Positions 12,739 to 24,714 of a DNA stretch of 64,000 nt are shown in pieces. Position 1 is the first letter of the stretch; each line of letters opens with the position of its first letter. The notes under the pieces are model-generated. The model worked only from the letters and a program-made list of their open reading frames with translations. It was not told the origin of the DNA and searched no databases. Both the position numbers and the translations under genes were made by a program. This DNA is from Octopus bimaculoides (lineage: Eukaryota). The stretch covers positions 17,976,946-18,040,945 of the forward strand of contig NC_068999.1 of assembly GCF_001194135.2 (NCBI RefSeq), read 5' to 3'.

Positions 12739-14994
12739 TTAATATTATAAAATTCCTGTGTGTATCTGTCTATCACTGTATATCTTTCTATCTCTATATC
12801 TATCTGTCTCTTTATCTACATATGTATATTTGTTTATGAGTACGTATCAATGTTTTGCCCCCACCTATGATTCATTATGAATGTATGTATATAAATATCC
12901 AATTTTATCGCACTCATGCTCACGCACAATCACGCATAAATATAGAGTATCCATACATATATACACACGCAATTTTACTTAACTCTCTTCTTGCTAAATA
13001 TCATTATGTAGATTCAAATTCATAAGCTGAAATGATAATGCAACATATCAAAACTTGTTCGAATACATGTGTCTTGAGAGGGCATATAACGTAAAACTTT
13101 CATTTGATTATATCGCCCAGAATATGTTGCTTATGTAATCGATTTTCATACTTGTGATATTATGGCACAATATAAACATATTGCACAATTAAGTGGTGGT
13201 GAATGTCTACTTTTATTTTGTGATGTAACGTAATTGCTGAAGAAAAACTAAATTTACATTGAAGCGATACTACGATCAAGCTGTTTTCTCTAACGAACAG
13301 TACATTAGTTACCTGTTTGATAGACGTCATCTGAAATTCTTGAGAGCTACAGAAATTCATAGTGGTAGTTGAAATCGAAGTGAGGTGTTACAGGCACGAC
13401 TGGCTAGTTATTATTAAATGGATTTCGAACTGGCAATATTAAATAAATATTAATTTGACAACATCCATCATTGATCGACTGCTGTTCGGTGTAATGTGGA
13501 ACGAGAACATCGTTTTGAATGTGTGCAGGACTTTGGTCTGTTAAACATCGGAAGGCAAACCAACTCACTACTTCAATACCACTCATGATGTCACTATTAT
13601 GATAGCATCAATACGTTTGACAGTATTCTCAAGCAGACATGTGTTTCTTATCAACTCTCATCATCAGTAGCGCCAAACAGACAGCTTAGCTGCGACTACG
13701 ATGCCAACATAAAGTTGAAGTGCGATGATACAGATCGTTGTAATCTATCCCATAGAAAATTGCATAAAACAAAAATCACACGGCGATCGAGATATACTGC
13801 TTTTGGTACTTAGTGTATTTCTGAGGTTTCCAGAAACACATGTTGAATATGATGCTTATATATTTATAATCTTCAAGTTAAAGACAATAAACATAAGCAT
13901 GCTCTGTACGTTCTGACGTAAATAGTAACATATTAAATTAGTCCAACATTGAACAGAAACCGAAACGCAGTTTGTATAAATCTTCTTCTTGTTTGGTATA
14001 ACACATCATGTTGAATAAGAATTTCCTTAGATATCAGTCATTAAATCAATATGTGTATGTTATTGCTATAACTTAGTTTCATTTCCCATACAATTTGAAT
14101 CTGGTGATATTTGAGAGGAAATCAACATGGGATGAAATGATATACATCATAATGTTCAACCCTTACATCCCACAGTCACATAAATCTGCGTATTCAAAAG
14201 ATTTATCGCATTATTATTGATGTTGGATATAAAGGGTGTACCGAATACATTTCCCGATCTCTAGAATCACACACATACCTGCATACAGTTGCACACAGAC
14301 ACAAATATGCACACACGCGCACACATATACACATGCTTAAATATGTGCGTGAGATTGCTAAAGTGTGAACACATATTCATACAATGCATATATATATTTG
14401 TGTATTATTTGTAAATAGTAAATTTTGTAACGGGATTTTCTTTCAAGCAGACATTTTGAAGACATGCCTATGATGCAATTTAACAGATTTTCTGTCAAAT
14501 ATTTAGCCATGTTCCATTATTATTTCTTTAGGGATATTTTCGAGCAATAATTTCCCGAAAACTGTTAAAGGCCTTCTGTAATTTATTACATGAAACATAG
14601 CAACTTTTATGTGAATATTAATAAACATCCCATACGAATTTACTGGAGAACTGTAGTAATATCTTTAGTTAAAAATCAGAGCGTTGAGATAATGACTTCG
14701 ATAATTAGATTCGGTTCTTGTACTCTATTTATATAAACTCAATGCTCCTAGATGTCCGATTTTTGCATATGATACCAAACCTTTACAGCCGCAATGGTTA
14801 AATTGAAGTACGTATAACAGGTAGTATTTTCTATCAGTCTGAACATTATTACAGTAAAATTGAGATGTCGATTCTCAGAGAAACGCACAAACAACATAAA
14901 TGTCCAGGTTAGAAATGTTTAACAAAGCAATTTTATAGTTGAACATACATTTACATATGCACATATACATGCACACACACACACACACACACAT

Positions 14995-15051
<57 letters not shown>

Positions 15052-15409
15052 AGAAAATACACATTCACAGACATGCACACGCGCACACGAGAATTTGTTG
15101 TTGAAGATGCAACTGGATTTGGAAAACATGATTGCTTTTAAACATAATTTATTTATATACATACGAAACTAGTTTCAACACTTTTTAAAATCAAAGGTTT
15201 AAACGTATAGGATTTGAAAAATTAAAATCTTGCGAAGACGAAAACATGTTTAGATGGTAACATGTTCATACAATTCATTAACATCAAAAAATGATCGGCG
15301 AAGAATATATAAAAAAAAAAATGCGGATCAACATGTTTAAAGGATTAAAGGTACACAAAATCCAATAATATCAGAAATGATCGGCGAATAATATAAAAAA
15401 AAAATCTAG

Positions 15410-16430
15410 ATCACCGAAAGGTCGGTCATGCTGACTTCAGAGAGAGGAAAAAAAGAGAAAGGAAGAGAGTAAAGAAAATGATTTTTGCTACAGTTTCTGT
15501 TATATTGGGTTCTTTTTTCCGTCGCGTGCAGGTTTAGTTTTTGCTTCTGATGCAGTGTTTTGGAATCTGTTTTTCCGCGAATGGATCTAATTTTTAATTT
15601 GTTAAAATTCTGATGACGTTTTATTCTTTCTGGTGATTGAAAGGTATATTTATTTTAGTATGTTTTGGGTTGCAGGAAGAGAATAGAAGATATCGTTTTG
15701 CACCAGTTGGTTTAAGGACGATGTCGGTTTCAATTTCAATATCTCTTTTTATGACTAAAATGTGCAGGAAGGATAGGTGTCGTGACTGTATTCCTTTGTA
15801 AATTGGATACTGCAGTTAATGCTGTTGATTAAGTTTTTGAATTCTAAGATTTGCATGATTAAAATTTTAAATTCTAAGATTTGCTCAAGGCTTAGACCAC
15901 AGAATAAAACAATCATCTAGGTAGCGTTTCGAGTTGGTGAGTAAGTATATTTGGAAGCTGTTTCCAAACTTGGATCTCGTGTGCTCTTATATTTTGGACT
16001 TCTAAGTATGCCATGACAAAGTTAGCAAAGTGAGGGTTGCCCTCGTTCCTATCGCAGAGCCTGATTTTTGTATGTAGGTATTCCCGTTGAAGTTGAAAAA
16101 GTTGTACTGTAGGATGAATGTTAGTCCTTCAATGATGAATCTCCCGATTCGCTCAGGAATGTCATTTGGGAATTTTTCCAAAGAATTGAATGGCTTCTGG
16201 TCTGTATTCGTGAGGAATCGAAGTGTATATGTTTATTACATCGAATTAAACCAGAAGAGAGTTCTTGCTGCTTTTGTTCAGGAGATGGGTTAAAAAGTTC
16301 AGATCATCCCTTAAACAATCGGTATAGTTTGGCGAATAGATTTCAGGAGGACGTCAATAAATTTAGTACGTTGGTGTGCTCACACGTGGGTTCGGCCACA
16401 GTTGGTCTCATTTTGAGATCTCTTAGATGT
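15410..16430 (-). mobile_element. Penelope-like retroelement relic: reverse transcriptase core and thumb (frameshifted)
   Basis: Minus-strand translation across frameshifts gives DLKMRPTVAEPTCE / FIDVLLK / TLLV*FDVINIYTSIPHEY / FILQYNFFNFNGNTYIQKSGSAIGTR / FANFVMAYLE / KRYLDDCFILW (RYLDD at 15912-15926) / INSINCSIQFTKEY / KPTGAKRYLLFSSCNPKHTKINIPF. These are collinear PLE RT motifs. Confidence 0.85.
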
Positions 16431-16432
16431 AG

Positions 16433-16472
<40 letters not shown>

Positions 16473-16477
<5 letters not shown>

Positions 16478-17219
16478 GGAAGTAAATAGACACATTTAAG
16501 TTTGAAGCTCTTTTATTTAATACTCAAAGCGAACAATTGAAATATAATGGTTAGGTAGGACTGCATACTATTTAGTTGACATTCCTTTTGCAGTTTTTAA
16601 TTCAGAGACTCTTTAGGGCTTTGAACTGGTGAGCTATGTGATTATCTCTTTGTGATTATTTCTCCTCAACTTTTGCGCAACAATCGAAACAATTCATCTT
16701 TAGATTTAGATTTCTGTCGGATTTTTCGTATACCTCTATCTAGTATGCTCTAGTATGCTCTAGTATGATTTTGAATCGGCTTCATGTCAGGAGATTGGCT
16801 CGGCGAAGGAAGCTTTTTGATTCCATTTTCAGTCAGCCATTTCTTTTTGGTGTGTGGCAGGGTGCCCCATCTTCCATGAATAAAAACTCATTTTTCGTTA
16901 TGTTATCATGTGAATACATCGAGAGTACTCCTTCGAAAATAGTCCCTTCGTTCAGCTCAGAGCGACCATTGCTGGGGATAGCTCCACATACCACTACAGA
17001 GATACCGACATGTTTCCCACACCTCTTTGAAATTCTGACAGTTCTGCTGACATTTGTGGGGCGTGGCATTGTTACTCTTCGCGAATGTTTAATATTATAG
17101 CACCTGGAATGAAAAATAATAATTAGATTGTAAGTTCTACACGGCTGAAAATATATTAAGACGCTTAGGTCAGAAATTTTGAAAACTAAAGTGCCTGTTT
17201 ACTTTCTGCTTGTCTGTGC

Positions 17220-17222
<3 letters not shown>
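16473..17222 (-). mobile_element. Internally deleted Tc1-like DNA transposon inserted in a (TA)n tract
   Basis: Imperfect TIRs: GCAGGAAGTAAATAGACAC at 16475, and the reverse complement of 17191-17209, GCAGAAAGTAAACAGGCAC. Both ends flanked by TA runs. Minus-strand peptides MPR, ELSEFQRG (17021-17044), KHVGISVVVCGAI, FMEDGAPCHT and SQSPDMKPI (16786-16800) are Tc1 transposase motifs. Confidence 0.85.
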
Positions 17223-17277
<55 letters not shown>

Positions 17278-17519
17278 TATTTATATATTTATCNNNNNNN
17301 NNNATATATATATATATATATATATCATATTTATATATTTATCTATGCATATACACATATACGGTGTAATATACGTGTCTGTACAAGACTATATGTGGGT
17401 GTATGTATATGAATATAAAATTTGAAATTTCTCAGATGCTTTTCTACAGATTGAGAAATAGCTGAATAAAAGATAACGTACAGAGAAAATAAACTATATG
17501 GCAACTTGCGTATTTTAAT

Positions 17520-17900
17520 CGGCACTCCGTCGCTTACGACGTCGAGGGTTCCAGTTGATCCGATGAACGGAACAGCCTGCTCATGAAATTAACGTGCAAA
17601 TGGCTGAGCACTCCCCAGACACGTGTACCCCTAACGTGGTTCACGGGGATATTCAGCGTGACACAGAGTGTGACAAGGCTGACACTTTGAAGTACAGGCA
17701 CACCAGAAACAGGAAGTAAGAATGAGAGAAAGTTGTGGTGAAAGAGTACATCAAGGTTCGCCACCACCCCCTGCCGGAGCCTCGTGGCGCTTTAGGTGTT
17801 TTCGCTCAATAAACACTCACAACACCCGGTCTGGGAATCGAAACCGCGATGTTATGACCACGAGTCCGCTGCCCTAACCACTGGGTCATTGCGCCTCCAC
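17520..17900 (-). mobile_element. tRNA-derived SINE, family B, full length with target-site duplication
   Basis: Minus-strand A-box-like TGACCCAGTGGTTAGG (17873-17888) and B-box GGTTTCGATTCC (17834-17845). Direct repeat GCGTATTTTAAT at 17508-17519 and 17903-17914. Confidence 0.85.
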
Positions 17901-19663
17901 TCGCGTATTTTAATAACTTAAGAGTATTGATGAGAAACAGATTATTGTTGTATGTATGTATGTATGTATGTATGTATGAAGTACGTCAATAATACGGGCA
18001 TTAAACTGTTATTTAGGATTTGTTAAGTATTGCTAACTATTTCTGCCTTATTTCACGTTTGGCATGATATAAAGTTGCAGGAGCTTAAAGTATACACCAA
18101 ATATTTTCTGATTGTATTTTTATCATGCTTTGATTTCAATGTATAGAAACAATACAAGGAAAAAACAACTTTGTCATTAAGGTATTGTAAATCATAATCA
18201 ATAAGAAGTAAAAGTTATTCCATATTTTTTTTTTATGATAACGATATAACAGACGCTTTCAGCGCATTATACAAACATAACTATACACACACATATAGTA
18301 GGATAAATACGCATATGAATGTACGGTAAAAAAGTATAAAATCGTTTTCTTTCTCTCTACTTTTGTCCATATATATATATATATANNNNNNNNNNNNNNN
18401 NNNNNNNNNNNNNNNNNNNNNNNNNNNNNNNNNNNNNNNNNNNNNNNNNNNNNNNNNNNNNNNNNNNNNNNNNNNNNNNNNNNNNNNNNNNNNNNNNNNN
18501 NNNNNNNNNNNNNNNNNNNNNNNNNNNNNNNNNNNNNNNNNNNNNNNNNNNNNNNNATATATGTACACATAGAAACACATTTATGTCTGTATATATGTAT
18601 GTATTATATACATACATGTAATCAATTATTAATGCTATTTCTTCAGTTAATACCATATTTTTTAAATATTAATATTTATTATTGTAATCATTATTATTAG
18701 TATTAGTATTGTTGTTGTTGTCGTAGAAAAATCCATTCATCTTGTTTAACGGAATATATTTTTCAAAACATTCAATTATATATATATAAATGTATGTATG
18801 TATGTATGTACGTATATATGTACATACACACACACACACACATATTTAGATATATACATATATATTATTGCATGTATGTGTGTATACAAATCAGCAAATA
18901 AATATCACTTAGGCAAACACACACACACATGCAGGCATACACACGCACACACACACATATATATAATCTAAGAAGTAGAAAAAATATTTGTCAATTTGAG
19001 TGTAATCGACTAATATTGCAAAAAAAAAAAAATTACTGAAAACAGACTTAAAAAATATTTGAAAATGAATGTAGAAATAAAAATGAAAAATTGCAAGCAA
19101 TACAATTTATAAATGAAAAATATAAAGAAATATATATATATTTAATAAGAACATATCATCATCATGCAGACACACACACACACGCACAAACAGAAGCGTA
19201 TCACAATTTTCTTCAAATGTTGATATTAATTGTATTGCTTCCACGATGCCTATATGTCTAATCTGATCCACCGCATACATCATGAAACTAAGGAAAAGAA
19301 TAAACAATGTTTTCAGCCTATGTTTATATGTATTTGTGTGTGTGTGCTTCTGTGCGTGTGTGCGTCTGTGTCTCTGTGTATATGTATGTGTGTATGTATA
19401 CACAGTTCTTCACAAATGTGGGGATATACATTTAGATGCAGAGAAACACGAATGAAAGGACACACATATTTGAGTTTAATTTTCAACGATACAAGAACAT
19501 ATTCACGACGAATGTCGTCGTGTTATTAGCAATTATACATACGCATATAAGCACACACACACACGCACGCGCGCACACACACACACACACACTCTCACAC
19601 GCATGCAGACATGCACGCATTTATACACCTATATATAGTATACACATGTATATATGAATAATG

Positions 19664-19790
<127 letters not shown>

Positions 19791-21559
19791 TACGTATATT
19801 TGCATATATTTATATGTAGATACGTAATTGTGTACACACCATAGAGAGACAGACAAACAAATAGCTAAGTGAATTTGAGTTATTTAAACAATATGGTATC
19901 AGGCCCATCGAATATATATTAAATGTGAGTGGAATTGAGATCAGAGTAAATAAAAGTTTGAATTACATATGAAGAGCTATTCATGCTAAAATGCTGATAT
20001 ATGTGGCTTTTCGTAATGGAGTAATTCTTAGTAATGTTGCTATGGTTATTGATATGTTTTTATTTGATGTCAATTAAAGTTTGCTATGTTATAATAGATT
20101 ACTTACTATTTTCTGTTTCTTTTACCTCACTTGTCAAATGTTTTAGTGTTCGAAAATATATTAAAATGTAACATAATCACATAATCATGAATAGAAGTTT
20201 GAGACATACGTAATTGACTTCTATGTGGGCCACCCAATTTAAAATAAAATAGCCTCTATATAGAGACTCATGTATTGAAATGCACACTAACACACACACA
20301 CCCACACACGCACACATATATATATATACACACAGATACACACACAATTTACGTACAGCACCGCACACGCACTTACAACACATATTGTATATGTATACAA
20401 TATGTAATGAATTTTTTATATGAAAATATTTTATTTATGCCGAAGAATGTTGCATATATATATATATATATATATATATANNNNNNNNNNNNNNNNNNNN
20501 NNNNNNNNNNNNNNNNNNNNNNNNNNNNNNNNNNNNNNNNNNNNNNNNNNNNNNNNNNNNNNNNNNNNNNNNNNNNNNNNNNNNNNNNNNNNNNNNNNNN
20601 NNNNNNNNNNNNNNNNNNNNNNNNNNNNNNNNNNNNNNNNNNNNNNNNNNNNNNNNNNNNNNNNNNNNNNNNNNNNNNNNNNNNNNNNNNNNNNNNNNNN
20701 NNNNNNNNNNNNNNNNNNNNNNNNNNNNNNNNNNNNNNNNNNNNNNNNNNNNNNNNNNNNNNNNNNNNNNNNNNNNNNNNNNNNNNNNNNNNNNNNNNNN
20801 NNNNNNNNNNNNNNNNNNNNNNNNNNNNNNNNNNNNNNNNNNNNNNNNNNNNNNNNNNNNNNNNNNNNNNNNNNNNNNNNNNNNNNNNNNNNNNNNNNNN
20901 NNNNNNNNNNNNNNNNNNNNNNNNNNNNNNNNNNNNNNNNNNNNNNNNNNNNNNNNNNNNNNNNNNNNNNNNNNNNNNNNNNNNNNNNNNNNNNNNNNNN
21001 NNNNNNNNNNNNNNNNNNNNNNNNNNNNNNNNNNNNNNNNNNNNNNNNNNNNNNNNNNNNNNNNNNNNNNNNNNNNNNNNNNNNNNNNNNNNNNNNNNNN
21101 NNNNNNNNNNNNNNNNNNNNNNNNNNNNNNNNNNNNNNNNNNNNNNNNNNNNNNNNNNNNNNNNNNNNNNNNNNNNNNNNNNNNNNNNNNNNNNNNNNNN
21201 NNNNNNNNNNNNNCATGTATTGAAATGCACACTAACACACACACACCCACACACGCACACATATATATATATACACATATGAATTTTTTGTATTTGTATT
21301 ATATAATTATTGTATCCATGCTTACTTGTATCTTTTCGCTATTTTTGAATATAAATGTTGTGTTACAATGACAAGTGGAATTGAAGTATTATATTTCTCA
21401 TTGTTTATGTTCGAAAACTTGCAACTCAGCTGCACGTGAAAAACGAAATGTTTACTTCAAATCATAATCGCCTATCTTTACCTTACCATAAAGCTTATAA
21501 TTTTTTTGAAAATGGCGGCATCCATTTCAAAAATGAAATTTTTCCTGACGCCTTTACTA

Positions 21560-21735
21560 TTTTTTGCAATTGTCTCGCGTTAGATATTTCACAGTGCGCA
21601 GCGTCGTCATAAATCAGTTATATTTCACAGATTAGTATTCAGAATATGTGTTCCGAATATATTTTGCCATAAACTTAGGCATTATCGGAGCCACACTAAT
21701 GTTTCGCGACGCACACTTTGCTTATCTCTGCCTCA
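21560..21735. mobile_element. Possible hAT-type non-autonomous element end
   Basis: The reverse complement of 21695-21735 (CAGAGATAAGCAAAGTGTGCGTCGCGAAACATTAGTGTGG) resembles Charlie/hAT termini. No partner TIR found. Confidence 0.3.
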
Positions 21736-22123
21736 GTGTATTTTTAGTAATGATTAAAATGTATATTATTCGATACTATTGAACTCAATCTCAGATGCAG
21801 CTGGAATAGCAGAATTGCATATGCAATAAATTTTCACTCAATCTGTGGTAAAACGATTAATAAAGCAAGCTAAAAAAAAATTCGACTAAGAATATTAATA
21901 TCCCGTAAGATTGAAAATAAGCGAACAATAATTATAAGGAAAATTATTTCGTTCTTAACCAAATAAAAACCTTAAAAATATACCTGCCTTAAAGATGTTC
22001 CTGATATAATTTTTTCTTGCAAATATTTTCACATTTTTCTTTTTCTGCTAATAAATTCTCCTATAACACAACCAGAAAAAATTGCATTTTCTTACAACAC
22101 TACTTTTAAGGGTACGTGTGTGC

Positions 22124-22630
22124 ATTTAATTTTGTTTAAACTCTCTTTTTGGTGGAAGGGTGAGGATTATGAACCGGGTTGTGAATACGGTGACATAACG
22201 CTCAAAACTGTATTACGTCGGATGGTGTCTTTGGAGTAAGAATATTGTGAGTAATTTATTACTTTTCGCTTTCTTTTTTCTTTAGCCTTTGTAACTGAAT
22301 TAAAAGAAACTTAGCATGTCGAACACGACCTCATATAATAGTATGACATTCTCAGTAGAAGTCGCCCGTGGTTAAACTAGATTTTTCCTCTTTCAAGTTT
22401 ACTAAATAATTCCTGGCGATTTCCTGGTGAGAAAGAGAAAGAAAGAGAGATATTATTTTCCATTATAGTTATCTCAAAAAGAAGGAAAGTATCTAAAATG
22501 GAGTGCAACATTAAATATTATGAGACAATTGATTATCCCCATTAATTACAATTTTCAGCGTTATGTCACCGAATTCACAACCCGGTTCCTGAATTGGACC
22601 CTTCCATTCAAAAAAATAGATTTTTAGACA
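22124..22630. mobile_element. Foldback/MITE-like element with ~90-100 bp imperfect inverted arms
   Basis: 22171-22212 GAACCGGGTTGTGAATACGGTGACATAACGCTCAAAACTGTA versus the reverse complement of 22547-22588, GAACCGGGTTGTGAATTCGGTGACATAACGCTGAAAATTGTA (3 mismatches in 42). Similarity extends outward through TGGAAGGGT and ATT(T/C)AATTTTGT. Confidence 0.75.
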
Positions 22631-24330
22631 AAATTGAATTGGGAGAGGATGTTCTCGATTTAGAAAACTTTTGTGAAACTATCTTTTATCAATTCCCTAC
22701 TTACCTAAATCCCGTGGTTGTAACTTCTATTAACTATATGCGTATCTGGTATGAACTGTTGAGACAAAATTATTACAAATGTTTTCGGTATTTGTATTTA
22801 AATTGTTTTAAACCCCTATGTACGCATTATCTTATAGCCACTAGTTTTTATATTGTGTGTTCAAAAACCTGGGCAGTTAAGAGTTCATCCCTCCATAGAT
22901 GATAAAATAAAGAACTGGTCATTGCTGGAACGATAGTAGAGATTATTTCTTTCTCCACCAAATATTTAGCCTGGTACATTAATTGGAAATAACTATAGAA
23001 CCCTACACGTGGATTGATGATTTTGGTATACAAATTAATATAGAGATTATGTATTTATCTAGAGTAAGACAACTAATAAATACTATTGTTATATACTGTT
23101 CTAATGATTTAATTATGCAGTTATACATATTGTCCTTGTTGCTAATACTGGAATTAATAATCATACATATCAGTCTTTTGTAGGATATTTATCTTTTTAA
23201 TTAAAAAAATGTACATTTGCGCAATCATCTTATATAATATTCTATGTTAATATTATTTACTATATTTTAATGTGACAGCTCACGGAAACAAATTAAAATC
23301 TCCTGTTCGGCTAATTTCCATTTTTCTCTGACAGCACAAACGTCATTAAATGACCAGAAGATATTGGATGGGAAGTGTCAAAGGAATACACGAAAAATAA
23401 ACAAGCCAGACGGAAATGGAATCATAAACTTGTAAATTTAAAATAAAATCTATTTAATATCAGCAAATGTAAATAATTTTTATGAGACTAATTAACAGAG
23501 AAAGGAAAAGCAGAGAAACAACGATACACGGGTGTGTTGGAAAACTAAAATTAAGTCTGTATTTTTTTTCTTTTTGAAATGACAAAGATTCCGATCAAAG
23601 ATGATAAATATAACGTGATATATTTATATAGCAGTTTACCTACAAACACTTCTTAATTAATGGATACTAGTGGAGTAAATTGAATTTGATCCCTTAGATA
23701 GTTTTAGTGAAATATACTCAATTCATTTGAGATCTACAAATGGTAGGTTCAATTGCTTTCCTTTAGGGAAAGATGAAACATCGACCATTTATCGTATAAA
23801 ATTATAGCGATTGAGAATGTAGAATTCATATCGTAATATTTACAGGCGTTCTTTCCTAAATAAAAGCAAGTTTTATCGAGTCTCTTCGAGTAAGGAACTA
23901 TTGTAGAATAATTGCCTATAAGGATTATTTCTCTTTAGTAGTTAAAAAAGAAATTGTGAATCCCAATTCTGCAGTTAACTGTTATGCCGTTTAGTACTAT
24001 TACAAGCATAACTAAAATCTCAGGCATCCGTATTATGAGAAATTATTTTCCTTAATTCCATCACATAGACGCTATCCTCTCTGATCTGCCAGATTGCTTT
24101 TTGTCTTGCCCTCCCCAAGGTAAGAAAATAGGATTGTTTGCAAATTATCAGAAGAATGTGGAGTTTAGATGCTGTGTAAAATTTCCACATCATTAAATTT
24201 GCATAGCATGAAGCGGCTGCTACGATATAACACATATAGAATGAAAAGGCAAATAATTTCAATGAAATTATGTGGAAATTAGATGAATTGAATAGCAATC
24301 CATTCTTATAGCCATATAAACTTATTTGAC

Positions 24331-24714
24331 TCTTTTTTACTAACTTCAGTGATTAGAAGCCGGCCATGCTAGAGCGCTACCTTACAGAAGTTTTTAATCG
24401 AACGAATCGACACCAGGAATTTTAAGCCTGCTACATATTCTATCTTCCCTTTTACCGAACCTCTAATTGCAGGGAAGTCAACACAACAATGCCTGTTGGC
24501 AAGTGGCAGTGGGGACAAACATAGACACAAAGACACATACACAGATATATGTATCCGATAGGTTTCTCTCAGTTTCCGTCTACCAAATCCAATCACAAGG
24601 TTTTGGTTGGTCAAAATATATAATAGAAGACACCTGCCCAACGTACTACGCAGTAGAACTGAACTCGGAACCATGAAGTTGAGACGGAAGCTTCTTACCT
24701 CACAGCCACGCATG
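24331..24714 (-). mobile_element. SINE family A, full length
   Basis: GGCCATGCTAGAGC..TCAGTTTCCGTCTACCAAATCCAATCACAAGG..AGAAGACACCTGCCCAAC..GAACTCGGAACCATG..AAGCTTCTTACCTCACAGCC, collinear with the other copies. Confidence 0.8.

Noticed and set aside
17830-17900. tRNA gene-like A and B boxes (also at 500-560 and 32612-32670)
   Set aside because: No complete cloverleaf. Each continues into a repeated SINE body, so they are SINE heads rather than tRNA genes.
22594-23033. ORFs 22594-22902 (+) and 22848-23033 (-)
   Set aside because: No recognisable motif. The first begins inside the foldback arm, and these lengths are expected by chance.
23335-23435. Strong acceptor (TTTTTCTCTGACAG) with a 33-codon phase-1 frame
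   Set aside because: The donor is weak, the phase does not match the 10653 donor except to give an early stop, and no homology is recognised.
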